Positions 12,407-23,682 of a DNA stretch of 64,000 bases are shown piece by piece (the first letter of the stretch is position 1; the number at the start of each line of letters is the position of its first letter). The notes under the pieces were generated by a model. It had not been told where the DNA came from, made no database searches, and was given only the letters and a program-made list of their open reading frames with translations. A program made the translations under genes and the position numbers. This DNA comes from an uncultured Planctomycetaceae bacterium. GTDB taxonomy: Bacteria > Planctomycetota > Planctomycetia > Isosphaerales > Isosphaeraceae. The stretch lies in assembly GCA_963833985.1 (NCBI GenBank), contig CAWIAD010000002.1:1952001-2016000 (forward strand), in the 5' to 3' direction.

Positions 12407-15400
12407 GACGAGCGGCGGGCCCGGGGATGATGGCTTGCTGGAGCAGGTGATCGCCTGCGACGCCTTGCTGCATTCCGCTCCCACGCTGGATCGCGCCGCC
12501 CCGGTGGCACTCCCCGCGTCCGATGCGAACGATCGCGGCCGTGACCGGTTGCTCCTGCTGCTGACGTTGCTGAACGCGGCGGATACGGTCTCGCGGGCGG
12601 GCGAACCCGACCAGCCGGGGGCCGGTCCTGAGCGGCCTGCCGCACTCCGGAAGCAGCCGCTTCTGGGCCGGTTCGACGTGATCGAAGAGATTGGTTCCGG
12701 CGGTTTCGGCTTCGTCGTCCGTGCGCGTGACCTGCGGCTTGGCCGCGATGTCGCGCTCAAGTTCCCGTTGCCCGAGCGCGTGCTCGGCCCCGGCGACCTG
12801 CGCCGCTTCCTGAAGGAGGCCAGGGCCGCAGCCCGGCTGGATCATCCCCACATCGTGCGGGTCTTCGACGCGGCCGAGTTGGGCCCGGTGGGCTATTACA
12901 TCGCGTCGGAGTACTGTGCGGGCCCGAGCCTGCGACAGTGGCTCAGAAGCCAGCCCGAGCCGGTACCCGCGACACGGGCGGCACGCTGGCTGGCCAGCCT
13001 TGCCGACGCGGTCCAGCACGCCCATGAGCGCGGCATCCTGCACCGCGACATCAAGAGCGACAACGTGATCCTGAGCGCCGGTGCAGCCCCCGGGGAGTTC
13101 ATCCCCCGCCTCACGGATTTCGGGCTCGCCAAGCTGCTCGAGGAGCCCGGAGACGAGACCCGCAGCGGCGCCCGGCTGGGTACGCCCCATTACATGTCGC
13201 CCGAGCAAGCCGCCGGCCGGAACGCCGAGGTCGGGCCGGCGACCGACGTCTACGGCCTGGGCGCAACCCTCTACGAACTGCTCACCGGCCGGCCGCCGTT
13301 CCGGGGCGAGAACGATACGGGCACGCTCCGGCTGGTGCTGGAGGCCGAACCCGTCGCGCCGCGGACCCTCCGGCCGGGCCTGCCTCGCGACCTGGAAACC
13401 ATCTGCCTGAAATCGTTGCGCAAGAAACCAGCACGGCGATATGCGTCGGCGGCCGCCCTGCGTGACGACCTCGAGCGTTTCCTGGCCGGGCAGCCGATCG
13501 CCGGCCGGCCACCCTCGGCGTGGGAGCAAGCACGCGGCCTGGCCCGCCGGCGGCCGGCATACACCGCGGTCCTGGCCATGACCGTGCTCATGGTCCTGGC
13601 TACCCTGGGCGCAGCACTCACCTGGACCGGCTGGCTGCAATGGCACAACCGCTTGCTCGAGGCCGAAGTCGAGCGCGCGGATCGGCAGACACAGGAAGCC
13701 CGAAAACAGGCCCGGATCGCCGGCGAACAGGCGGCCCTGGCCGAAAGCCATCTTCACGCCGAGAGCCTGCGTCGTGCACAACAGGCCATGCAGGCCCAAC
13801 AGATCGAGCTCGCCCAGGACATTCTCCATGACGATGAGAACGGGTCAACCGGCGGCTTTCGGCGCGGCTTTGGCTGGCACTACCTGTGGCAGCTGGCCAC
13901 CCGCGAGATCCGCCAGCTCTGGGGTCATCAAGGCCGTGTCCAGGGCAGTGCCGTCAGCCCGGATGGCCGCTTTGTGGCCAGCGTCGATCGGTCCGGTAAC
14001 GTCTTTGTCTGGAACCGGGTGGAGGACGCGGGCCTCGACAGGCCGGACGCTTCGTTTTCCGCACCGTTTCCCGTGCATAACCTGCTGGAATTCTCAGGGG
14101 ATGGCCGGTTCTTGGCCGTCGGGCTGATCCACGGCACCGGCCCGTCGGGCGGAGTGACCCTTTTCGACCGCGCCTCGGGACGCTGCCTGGTACGAGTGCG
14201 GCTGCGCCCGGCGAAGACATCTCCGCGGCCGCTTTTGACGATCGCGATCAGCGCTTCGTGGCCGTCATTCATGGGCCGGCCGGGTTCAGTCTGCGGATTG
14301 ACAACCCGGGCAATCCCGGCGCCGCACCGTGGATCCGCGCGCTCGGTGCGTCGACCGTCTCGGCGTTCCTCTCACCAGATGCCCGGATCGCTGCCGTTCA
14401 GGACCGGGCCGGCCTTGCCCTGGCCAACCCCGAAACGGGAAGCCCTCTGGTTCAGCTTGCGGATCCGCCCGCGGAGCCGATCCTGGCCCTGAGGTTCTCG
14501 CAGGATGGGCGCTTCGTGGCCGGAAAGTGCGGACGCGAGATACGGGTCTGGGAAACGAAATGCGGGCAGAGAGTCGGACAGGCCGCGCCTGCGGGCCCGT
14601 GCGATGTCATGGAATGGAGCCGGCACGGGAAGTGGCTCGCCTGGGGTGAGACCGACGGCCGGCTGGCGGTCTTCGAGACGGCACGGGGGAGGCTCTGGGA
14701 ATTGCACGCCGGCTCGAGCCAGCGCCGCCTGCGCGGCCACGGCCTGTCGTTCTCCTCGGATGAGCAGCGCATGGTGGTGACCGCCGAATGGGCGCCGGGA
14801 GGTCCCAGGGCACCGGAAGTCTGGAACCTGGAGCGCGCGCAGCGGATGGCGCGCTATCCCGGCCGCAACGACGGTGGCTCCGCCTGCTTTCTGCCTGACG
14901 GCCACGAGGTCCTTGTGACGTCGCCCTCCGGGCCCCGTATCTGGCGGAGTGAAGCCCGCGCCGAGCCGGAGGCGCTGGAGGGCCACTCCGCGGAGGCATG
15001 GGCGACTGCCTTCTCTCCCGACGGCAAGGTGCTGGCCACTGGCAGCGACGACGTCGGCGAGCCGCGAACCATCAAGCTCTGGGACCCGGCATCGGGCACG
15101 ATGCGAGCCGGCTGGAAGGGGCACACGGCCACCGTGGCCGCGCTGGCCTTTAGCCCCGACGGCAAGGTGCTCGTCTCCGGCAGCCTGTCCTCGGGGCAGC
15201 CCGGTCATCCCAACCTGGTTCTCTGGGATGCCAGCTCTCAGGCGCGGCTGGCGGTTCTGACCGGCCATGCAGGCTGGGTGCGAGCGGTCGCCTTCAGCCC
15301 GGACGGCCACTGGCTGGCATCGGCTGGTGACGACGGCACAGTACGGCTCTGGAATGTGGCCACGAGAACGGCCCGGGCCGTCCTCACCGGTCACGCCCTC

Positions 15401-15889
15401 AGGGTGACTTCGCTCGCCTTCAGCCCCGACAGCCTGAAGCTGGCCTCGTCCTCATGCGATACGACCGCGCACGTCTGGGATGTCGGCACGGGGCAGGCAA
15501 CAGCGATCCTCCACGACGTGGACAATGTCAACGCGGTCGCCTTCGCACCGGACGGATCGATGCTCGCCTCTGCCAGCGAGAACGGCGAGATCAAGTTCTG
15601 GAATCCCACCACCGGAAATCCGCTCCGAACCATCCGCGGCTCGGCGGGGATGCTGCGATGCCTGGCCTACACGCCCGATGGGCGTGCCATCGCGGCCGCG
15701 GGCAAGGGCCAGGTCATCCATCTCTGGGACATCGCCACCGGCCAGGAGACCCTTGCTCTTCAGGGTCACAGGGCAACCGTGAATTCCCTGGCCATCGCGC
15801 CGGACGGATCGATGCTCGCCTCCGGCAGCCACGAGGGAGTTGTGCGTCTCTGGCGCGCCAGCGCGGTCGGCCTGCCGACGAGGCCGTGA
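12393..15889 (+). CDS. Ser/Thr protein kinase with TM helix and WD40 repeats; apparent frameshift ~14210-14260
   Basis: IGSGGFG, VALK, HRDIKSDN, TDFGLAK, GTPHYMSPEQ; many GH...AFSPDG...WD repeats in 14258..15889; overlaps the sigma factor stop. Confidence 0.9.
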
Positions 15890-16011
15890 TACCCCGGCCA
15901 CGCCCGCATGCATCGAGCCGCCAGGGTCACGCATGGAAGCGGCGTCAGGAAGACGATGCGTGCGTGAACCGACTCCCGGCCGCCGTTCCTGAGCTTTCTC
16001 CGGTATCCCGT

Positions 16012-16377
16012 TCAGGATGCGCTACAGGCTCCCGGCAACACCGGGCGTACTTCCATGACCGCGTGCGGGAGGCGCGGGCATCGCGCGGCCCACTCCAGCG
16101 CCGTGTCCATGTCCGGGACGTCGATGATGAGGAACCCGCCGAGCTGCTCCTTGGTCTCGGCGAAGGGGCCATCCAGCACCAGGCGCTTGCCCTCGCTGAG
16201 CCGCACCGTCCGGGCCGTGTCCGGCCCTTGCAGGCCCGACCCGGTCACGAATACCCCGGCCTCCCTGAGCGCCTGCGAGTAGGAAGGCCAGGCCTCCCAG
16301 TACGATTGCTGCCGCTCGGGGTCCACGCGCAACGCGAAGTCTTCGGGCTTCTCGTAGATCAATATTGAGTAGTGCAT
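16012..16377 (-). CDS. YciI family (DGPF) protein
   Basis: VLDGPFAETKEQLGGFLIIDVPDMDTALEWA...EVRP. Confidence 0.9.
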   Translation of the reverse strand: MHYSILIYEKPEDFALRVDPERQQSYWEAWPSYSQALREAGVFVTGSGLQGPDTARTVRLSEGKRLVLDGPFAETKEQLGGFLIIDVPDMDTALEWAARCPRLPHAVMEVRPVLPGACSAS

Positions 16378-16751
16378 GGCGAGTTCCTCCGGAATGGGGA
16401 TCTTGAACCGTGCCCACGCGAGCCGGACATCCTCAAGATGACGAGCGTACCTTCCGGGTTTCGACAGAGCCCGGAAAAAACGCCTGGGTCTTCGGCATGC
16501 GAAGAGCATCACTGCCAGGAAAAGGCCTGGCTTGCACTCCATCCCGGCGGGCAAACCGTTCCGCCGGACTTCCGCGATCTGATCCGCCCGCCCACTCCGC
16601 CCGCCCGCGAAGAGCGGGCATCGGTTCCCTTGCCAGCGCCCTCCCCGTGCGTCTAACATGGAGTGTTCGCGGTTTGCCGGTGACGCCTTGCAACGGGCGG
16701 ATCGGAGCTGGTCAGAACCGCCCTTTGTGCCCTCGATCCGGCAAGGAGCCC

Positions 16752-18470
16752 ATGCAGTACAACCCTGCCAATCCGCTGATCGTGCAAGGTGACCGCACGA
16801 TCCTCCTGGAAGTGGACAATCCGCTGCACGCCCAGGCCCGAGACACCATCGCGCCGTTTGCCGAGCTGGAGAAGAGCCCCGAGCATATCCACACCTACCG
16901 CCTGACGCCGCTCTCCCTCTGGAACGCCGCTGCCGCCGGCATGACCGCCGAGGAGATGATCACCGGTCTCGAACAATACACCAAGTTTCCCATTCCACCG
17001 AATTTGCCCGCGGATCTGCGCGACCTGGTGAGCCGTTACGGCCGGGTCCGCCTCGAGCGAATGGACGGGGGGCTGCGGCTCATTACCAACGACCAGCCCC
17101 TGCTGGAGGAGCTGGCACGCCAGCGCGGGGTACGCGATTACCTGGGCGAGCGGCTCGCTCCCACCTGCTTCGCCATCGACGACGCCCACCGCGGCGTGCT
17201 CAAGCAGGCGCTCATCGCCGTGGGTTACCCGGCCGAGGACCTGGCCGGATATACCCCGGGCGCGGGGCTCGCGCTGAGCCTGCGGCCGTCGACGCGCTCG
17301 GGCTTGCCGTTCCAGGTGCGGGACTACCAGCGGGCGGCCGTTGATGCCTTCCATGCCGGGGGCGACGTCAAGGGCGGCTCTGGCGTCATCGTCCTGCCCT
17401 GCGGCGCGGGCAAGACCATTGTCGGCCTGGCGGCCCTGGCAGCGCTCGGGACCGAGACGCTGGTACTGACCACCAGCACCACCGCGGTGGAGCAGTGGCG
17501 GCGCGAGATCCTGGACAAGACCGACATCGACGAGCACAAGGTCACCCTCTACACGGGCGACTCCAAGGCGATCGGCCCGGTCACGCTGGCCACTTACCAG
17601 ATCGTCACCTACCGGCCCAAGAAGGACGGCGACTTCCCGCATTTCGGCCTCTTCAACCAGCGCGACTGGGGGCTGATTATCTATGACGAGGTCCATCTGC
17701 TACCGGCGCCTGTGTTTCGCATCACCGCCGACATCCAGGCGCGGAGGCGGCTGGGGCTGACGGCCACGCTGGTCCGCGAGGACCATCACGAGGAAGACGT
17801 CTTCAGCCTCATCGGCCCCAAGAAGTACGACGTCCCCTGGCGTGTGCTCGAGTCCAAGGGTTGGATCGCCGAAGCCCAGTGCCATGAGATCCGCCTCGGC
17901 CTGCCGGCCACCCTGCGCATGGACTACGCCCTCGCCGAGTGGCGCGACAAGTTCCGCCTCGCCAGCGAGAACCCCGTCAAGGAAGACCTGGTCGGTCTCT
18001 TGCTTGAGCGGCACGACGGGCCCGAGGATCGCGTGCTCGTGATCGGTCAGTACCTCAAGCAATTGCGGCGGATTGCCGATCGGTTCGACCTGCCGCTCAT
18101 CACAGGGGCCACCTCGAACGCCGATCGCGAGGACCTGTACGGCCGGTTTCGAACCGGGGCGCTCCGCCGGCTGGTCCTGTCCAAGGTGGGCAACTTCGCG
18201 ATCGATCTGCCCGACGCCAACGTGATGGTGCAGGTTTCCGGCACGTTCGGCAGCCGCCAGGAGGAGGCCCAGCGGCTGGGACGAATCCTCCGTCCCAAGG
18301 AAGGCGAGAAGCCCGCCTGTTTCTATACCCTGGTCACGCGCGACACGCGTGAGATGGACTTTGCCCACCATCGCCAGCTCTTCCTCACCGAGCAGGGTTA
18401 CAGCTACGAGATCGTCGATGAATCGGAATTGACCGACCGGCTCACGGCCCGCTCGCACGCGGCCTCCTGA
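16752..18470 (+). CDS. Bacterial XPB/Rad25-like SF2 DNA helicase
   Basis: RBS AAGGAG; NPLIVQGDRTILLEV N-terminal domain; LPCGAGKT, DEVH, GLTAT, QEEAQRLGRILR motifs. Confidence 0.95.
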   Translation: MQYNPANPLIVQGDRTILLEVDNPLHAQARDTIAPFAELEKSPEHIHTYRLTPLSLWNAAAAGMTAEEMITGLEQYTKFPIPPNLPADLRDLVSRYGRVRLERMDGGLRLITNDQPLLEELARQRGVRDYLGERLAPTCFAIDDAHRGVLKQALIAVGYPAEDLAGYTPGAGLALSLRPSTRSGLPFQVRDYQRAAVDAFHAGGDVKGGSGVIVLPCGAGKTIVGLAALAALGTETLVLTTSTTAVEQWRREILDKTDIDEHKVTLYTGDSKAIGPVTLATYQIVTYRPKKDGDFPHFGLFNQRDWGLIIYDEVHLLPAPVFRITADIQARRRLGLTATLVREDHHEEDVFSLIGPKKYDVPWRVLESKGWIAEAQCHEIRLGLPATLRMDYALAEWRDKFRLASENPVKEDLVGLLLERHDGPEDRVLVIGQYLKQLRRIADRFDLPLITGATSNADREDLYGRFRTGALRRLVLSKVGNFAIDLPDANVMVQVSGTFGSRQEEAQRLGRILRPKEGEKPACFYTLVTRDTREMDFAHHRQLFLTEQGYSYEIVDESELTDRLTARSHAAS

Positions 18471-18525
18471 ATGCCGGTGCCGGAACGCCGCCCGCAACGA
18501 AATGGAACCGCGAGAGCCAGCAGCG

Positions 18526-18750
18526 ATGAGCCGCCTGCCATCCAAGATCCCCGTGAAGCTGCACCGCAACGTGCGGCTGATTCGCACCGTGGACCCGGTC
18601 CTCGCCGAGGAGCTGCTGGCCCGTAAAACCCTGTCCCGGCTCGTCCTGGCCCGGCTCTCCGAAAATGTCCTGCTCATCGATCCGGAAGAAATCGAGGCCG
18701 CCATCGACGAACTGCGCAAGATGGGTCACACGCCGCGGATCGTCCGCTAA
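18526..18750 (+). CDS. Small 74-aa protein in XPB operon (possible p8/Tfb5-like fold)
   Basis: Compact ORF with coding-like codon usage between XPB and the helicase-associated gene: MSRLPSKIPVKLHRNVRLIRTVDPVLAEELL... Confidence 0.75.
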   Translation: MSRLPSKIPVKLHRNVRLIRTVDPVLAEELLARKTLSRLVLARLSENVLLIDPEEIEAAIDELRKMGHTPRIVR

Positions 18751-18773
18751 AGGAATCTCGAGCGATCGCCGCC

Positions 18774-21076
18774 ATGTCCAGCCCGACTCTCAGCTCCGAT
18801 TCCAGCGGTTCCACGGTCCCGTCCGCGGGTGAGGGCGAACCAGCCGATCGCCGGCTCGCGTTCCGCTCGGCCCTGGCACGCTACCAGCCGTCCAGGCTCG
18901 GCGTGATCGTCCAGCTCCGCAAGCTGCAAACCGAGGCGACCCGGGCCAGCATCCTCGCCGCCGAGCCTCACCGCCCAGCTTGATTCCGCGAGCACCGTCA
19001 CGGAACTCCTGGGCGGTCTCGGCCCCGGATCGATCCAGGCGCTGGGCCTCTTCGCGCTGGCCGAGACCTCGGCCTGGCCGTTCACCGGTCTCAGCTTCTC
19101 CCTCTCGATCCTGGGCGTCGAGCCCGTCCCGGCCATCCTTGCCCTGCTGGAGCTGGGCCTGCTCGCGCTGGACACCGCTCCCGATTTCCAGCCCATCGAC
19201 GATTTCCAGGCCCGGCTTGATCAGGGGCCCGCGCACTTGCTGCTGCTTCGTTCGCACCCCGCCCTTCCGCAGGCCGTCCGCGTGAGCAAGCCGGACGGCA
19301 CGCTGTCCGCGGTGACGGGAGAGGTGGGGAGGATCCGCGAACCGGATGGGCTGGAGCCCATCCTGCGGCTGGCCGCACTCTGGCAGCGCGTCGGCATCGA
19401 GCCGCTCCGGCAGACCGGCCAGGGGACCCTCTACAAGCGCGACCTGGAACGCCTTGAGCTGGACCCGGTGCTTGCCGGCGCAGTCAGCGACGCCCCTGAG
19501 CCGGTGGATGCCCTGTCCCTGCTCTGGCTGGCCCTGTCGCGCCGGGTGGGCTTGATCCGGCTCGAGAACGGCAGCGACCGGCTCGTGGCGGCGAGTGCGG
19601 AGTTCTGGACTGACAACGCCGTGCACCTGCCCCAGATGATCGCCACGAGCTGGCTGGGACTGAGCAACTGGCAAGAGTCCGAACCCGCAGGGGAAGCGCC
19701 GGAGCGCCCCATGCCGCTGGCGTTCCTCCGCCCTCCCCTCTTGCTCTGGCTGGCCTCACTCCCGCCCGGCGACTGGGTGGCTCTGGACGACCTGGCCCAG
19801 CACTTGAAGGCCAGGAACCCCGACTGGGACCGCGCTCTCGTATCGCCGTCAGCCGAAGGCTCCTCCGCGGGCGGCCGTCGGGGAGCCAGCCCGCGCGCCA
19901 GGGCGCGGCGTCGCCAGCCCGGCTGCCGCGCGGAGATCGGCTCCTCCGCCTCTTGCTGCTGGGCTCCGGCTACGCGCTGGGGCTCGTCCGCACGGGCGAG
20001 GAGACGTCCACCGGCCGGACGGTCGTGCAGCTCACGGAGCTGGGCCGCTACGTGCTGGCCATGGGGCCTCCGCCTCCGCCCCGGCCCACCTTCGATCATT
20101 TCCTGTTCGTCCAGCCCAACCTCGAGATCATCGCCTATCGCCAGGGCCTGACCCCGCAGCTCGTCGGGCGGCTCAGCCGGTTTGCCTGGTGGTCGAAGTT
20201 CGGGGCCGCCATCGAGCTCAAGCTGACTCAGGAATCGATCCTGCTGGGATTGGACGGAGGAGAGACCCCCGAACAGATGATCAAGCTCCTGGCGCGTCAC
20301 AGCCAGCGCCCGCTGCCGGTGCTGATCGCCGACGCCATCCACCGCTGGGCCAACCGGCGTGAACAGGTCACGGTTTACGCCACGGCCCTGCTCATCGAGT
20401 TCCGATCGCGCGGCGAGCGCGATCAGGCGCTGGTGGACTGGCAAGAGATGGACTCCGGCAGGTTCGTCCCGGTCGCCGAGCTGTTTCTGCTGGTGGAGAA
20501 CTCCCAGCAGATTCCCTCCGACCGGATCCGTACCACCAGCTCCCGCGATTACCGCCAGGCCCGGGAAACTTGCGTCTTCATCGAACCCGACGGCGTGACC
20601 CTGGTGCTCGATCCCGTGCGCTCGGACCTCCTCATCGACGCCGAGATTTCCCGGATCGCCGATGAGCTCGAGATGGAACCGGGGCAGACGGCGCGCCGGT
20701 ACAGGGTCACACCGTCGTCGGTGGCCCGGGCCTGCGCGCTGGGCATGAGCCCGGGCAAGATCAGCGACTGGTTCCTGCAACGGACCGGCATGCCTCCCTC
20801 GCCGGCCATTCACCTGCTCTTCGAGAGCAGCGCCGGGCGCCGACGATCCTGCACGCGCGGCGAATGCTCATCGTATCCACCCCCACGCCGCACATCGCCG
20901 ACGGCCTGCTTCAGCACCCCGCGACCCGAGATTACTTCTCCGACCGCGTGGGCCCGACCGCCCTGGCCGTCCCGGAAGACCTGCTTCCAGGGCTGCAAGA
21001 AGCCTTGATGCAGCTTCACGTCGAGGTCCGGCAACGAGACCTTTCAGGCCCGGCTCATCCGGACCGGCCTCGCTGA
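18774..21076 (+). CDS. XPB-associated protein with two Helicase_C_3-like domains; apparent frameshifts ~18966, ~19915, ~20820
   Basis: Four overlapping ORF pieces (18774, 19237 frame, 19953, 20864) form one coherent protein; PLRQTGQGTLYKRD, LFVQPNLEIIAY...LTQESI, YRVTPSSVARA. Confidence 0.8.
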
Positions 21077-21080
21077 CGCA

Positions 21081-21776
21081 TCAAAGCAGCTTCACATTCA
21101 CATTCCGGAATTCGATCCGCCAGCCCTCGGCCTCCAGACCGGCGTAACCGCGCGGCACCTGGCAGCTCTTCCACTCGTTGGTCACAGCGCCGTTCACCCA
21201 GAGCGTCACGTTCCGGCCCTTGCAGGTGATCTCGTAGGTGTTCCACTCGCCGGCCGGCTTGACCCGCTGTTCATGAACATCTTTCTGAAAATTGAAAGAC
21301 TTCAGGGCATAGGAGGCCATCGTCTCGCCGAACAGGAAGCCGCCCGATGCGCTGCCGCACTGGGCCTGGTGCCACGTCTTGCCGTCCGACGAATTGCGGA
21401 CGTACACGCCCGAGTTATACCCCTTCTTGCCCTCGACCGGCACGAACCGCCATTCGACATGATAGATGTAGTCGGTCAGGTTCTGGTCCAGCCGGAGCCA
21501 TTCGTGTCCGCCATCACCGCGGCAGGTGAGGACCCTGGTGGCAGGATCGAGCGACCATTGCGAGCCGGCACGCAGCTCGCCGTCGGGCGGAATCGGCTTG
21601 CGTGTCCAGCCGTCGAGTTCCGGCCCGGCGTTCACCAGCATGTCGATCCATCCGCTCGGGTCCTTCTCCAGGGCGCTCGGATCGTCGCTCCGCCCCGAGC
21701 CGGCCAGCCCGGCGACAACAGCCAGTGCCGGCCCCAGGAAGAGCATCCATCGACAGTTCAATCGCCGGGACAGCAT
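21081..21776 (-). CDS. DUF1080 (3-keto-disaccharide hydrolase-like) secreted protein
   Basis: YNSGVYVR, KPAGEWNTYEITCKG, GLEAEG...IEFRNV; signal peptide. Confidence 0.88.
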   Translation of the reverse strand: MLSRRLNCRWMLFLGPALAVVAGLAGSGRSDDPSALEKDPSGWIDMLVNAGPELDGWTRKPIPPDGELRAGSQWSLDPATRVLTCRGDGGHEWLRLDQNLTDYIYHVEWRFVPVEGKKGYNSGVYVRNSSDGKTWHQAQCGSASGGFLFGETMASYALKSFNFQKDVHEQRVKPAGEWNTYEITCKGRNVTLWVNGAVTNEWKSCQVPRGYAGLEAEGWRIEFRNVNVKLL

Positions 21777-21855
21777 GTTCTGACCCTCATCAGTGGATCG
21801 GCCGGCGCCATGACGTTCTCGGCTCGCCTTGATACCGGCGTGTTTCCAGGAAAGC

Positions 21856-23682
21856 TCACGAGGCGGGGCTCGGGGAAGGCTGGTGCACCGCGGCACCACG
21901 ATCGGATTCTCGCACGGCCGCGGGCCCTGATCCAGAGGTTTCCCGCTCCGGTCCGCGACGCCTACTGCCTCGCCATCCTGCTCCCTCCTCGCGCGGCTGA
22001 CCGCACACGCTCCCCGCCCCCCGGGAAGGGCCAATCCGCGATTTCCGCCGGCGCTCGCGGATTTGGCTCCGTTCTGGCCGCCGGTCGCGCTCCGCAACGG
22101 CTGTATCCTCCTTGCCACTCTCCACTTGCATCGCCAGATCATTGGCTTCGTTCAAGATACTCTGAGAAACGCGCGGAGCACCACTCGTAGGGTGGGTCAG
22201 CGCAGCGCAACCCACCGTCTTGCAGACCTTTGCGTGCGGTGAGATGCCCCTCTTCATGCTTGTCATCGTCTCCTTACTTCCCATTCCCGGGCGATCTGTA
22301 GCCATTCCCGGCTGTTCCCCTCCATTCGCATCCTGCCCGAGGCGCGTGCCCGATTGGCTTCCTTCTGGCCGCCGGTCGCGCTCCGCTACGGCTGTATCCT
22401 CCTTGCCACTCTCAACTTGCATCGCCAAAACATTGGCTTCGTTCAAGACACTCCGAGAAACTCGTGGTGAACCACCCGTAGGGTGGGTCAGCGCAGCGCA
22501 ACCCACCGTCTTGCAAACCTTTGCGTGCGGCGAGATGCCCCCGCTCGACGCCATCCCGGGACCATCCCCTTCATTCCGGCCGTTGCGCGATTCATCGTGT
22601 GGTTGACGTGCGTCCGGCTCGGGCGCGGGGCCGACCTGCGGCTCATGGACAACCGGCATGGGGAGGCGGTCGGCTTCGTTGTTGTTGTCGGCGCCGAGCT
22701 CGGCTTTTTGCAGCTTCGACAGCGTGGTCAGCGTACGCAGTAGCTCGCGGGTCAGTGCACCCTGGTGCCGGCGCAGGACCGCAAGGGCCTTGCTGGCGGC
22801 GAAGACCGCGCGGTCGGGCTCGGCGTCGGCTTCCATCTGCTCCAGGTCCTCGTGCTCGCCGAGCCTTGCTTCCAGCCGGTGGATCGCCTCGTCCACGATC
22901 GAGCTGAGGACCTCCCAGCCCTCTTTCGGGCTGGCCGGCGGGCGAGACAGGCGCCGCCACGGCATCGCGCCGCTGAAATAAGGGCCGGAGCTGGCCTTCA
23001 TGTTCCGGAACAGCTCCCAGAGCTCGCGGCCCTGACCCGGTTCGATCGCGTCGACGGCCTGGAACACGCGGTTGGCGGCCGGGTCGATCATGCCTTCCAG
23101 GAAGCTCTTGCCCATGAGCCGCAGGAACCGGTAGTGGTCGGTCTCGCTCCAGGCGGCCCGCACGTCGATGAGGTTGCGGAACTCGGACCACCGCGCCAGC
23201 AGCCAGCGGCAGCCCTCGGGGATCTGCTCGAGCCGGGCGAGGAAGACGGCGGGCATGTCGTCGTAGTACTCGGCCTTGCCGAACCGCTCACGCGGGTCGA
23301 GGGTGTCCAGCAGCTTGCGGCCCAGGATGTGGGCCTGCTTCAGCCGCGTGGCCTCGTCGCGGTCGCGCTGGCGGTGCACGCGAGCCGCGAGGTAAGCCGT
23401 CTCGGCCCGCTCGGCGCGGTCGATCTGCCAGTCGATGCGCACCGCATGGCCGACCAGGGTGCGCTCGACGTCGTTGCGCGGCACGAGTTCGAACGTCCAC
23501 TGCAAGATCCGTTCGGCGAGCTCCTTCGGATCTTCCTGTGGCAGGACGGGGATGGCGATGCGGGCGTTGGCGCCATGCCTCAGCGCGTTGAGCCGGGCGC
23601 GGGCCTTGCCCTGGTCGCTCTTCGGCCCCGTGCTTTTTGCGGCGTTGCGGCGATTGGCCGCGATCTGGGCTGTGGTGGCCAC
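21856..23682 (-). CDS. Hypothetical protein of the 'QIAANRRNA...STGP' family with repeat-derived C-terminal tail
   Basis: MATTAQIAANRRNAAKSTGPKSDQGKARARLNALRHG; duplicated 60-aa block in the tail. Confidence 0.75.
   Translation of the reverse strand: MATTAQIAANRRNAAKSTGPKSDQGKARARLNALRHGANARIAIPVLPQEDPKELAERILQWTFELVPRNDVERTLVGHAVRIDWQIDRAERAETAYLAARVHRQRDRDEATRLKQAHILGRKLLDTLDPRERFGKAEYYDDMPAVFLARLEQIPEGCRWLLARWSEFRNLIDVRAAWSETDHYRFLRLMGKSFLEGMIDPAANRVFQAVDAIEPGQGRELWELFRNMKASSGPYFSGAMPWRRLSRPPASPKEGWEVLSSIVDEAIHRLEARLGEHEDLEQMEADAEPDRAVFAASKALAVLRRHQGALTRELLRTLTTLSKLQKAELGADNNNEADRLPMPVVHEPQVGPAPEPDARQPHDESRNGRNEGDGPGMASSGGISPHAKVCKTVGCAALTHPTGGSPRVSRSVLNEANVLAMQVESGKEDTAVAERDRRPEGSQSGTRLGQDANGGEQPGMATDRPGMGSKETMTSMKRGISPHAKVCKTVGCAALTHPTSGAPRVSQSILNEANDLAMQVESGKEDTAVAERDRRPERSQIRERRRKSRIGPSRGAGSVCGQPREEGAGWRGSRRRGPERETSGSGPAAVRESDRGAAVHQPSPSPAS
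22072..22541. repeat. Imperfect ~180-bp direct repeat (22072-22250, 22363-22541), each copy containing a GTAG-type REP
   Basis: Offset 291 bp; GTAGGGTGGGTCAGCGCAGCGCAACCCACC at 22187-22216 and 22478-22507. Confidence 0.9.
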
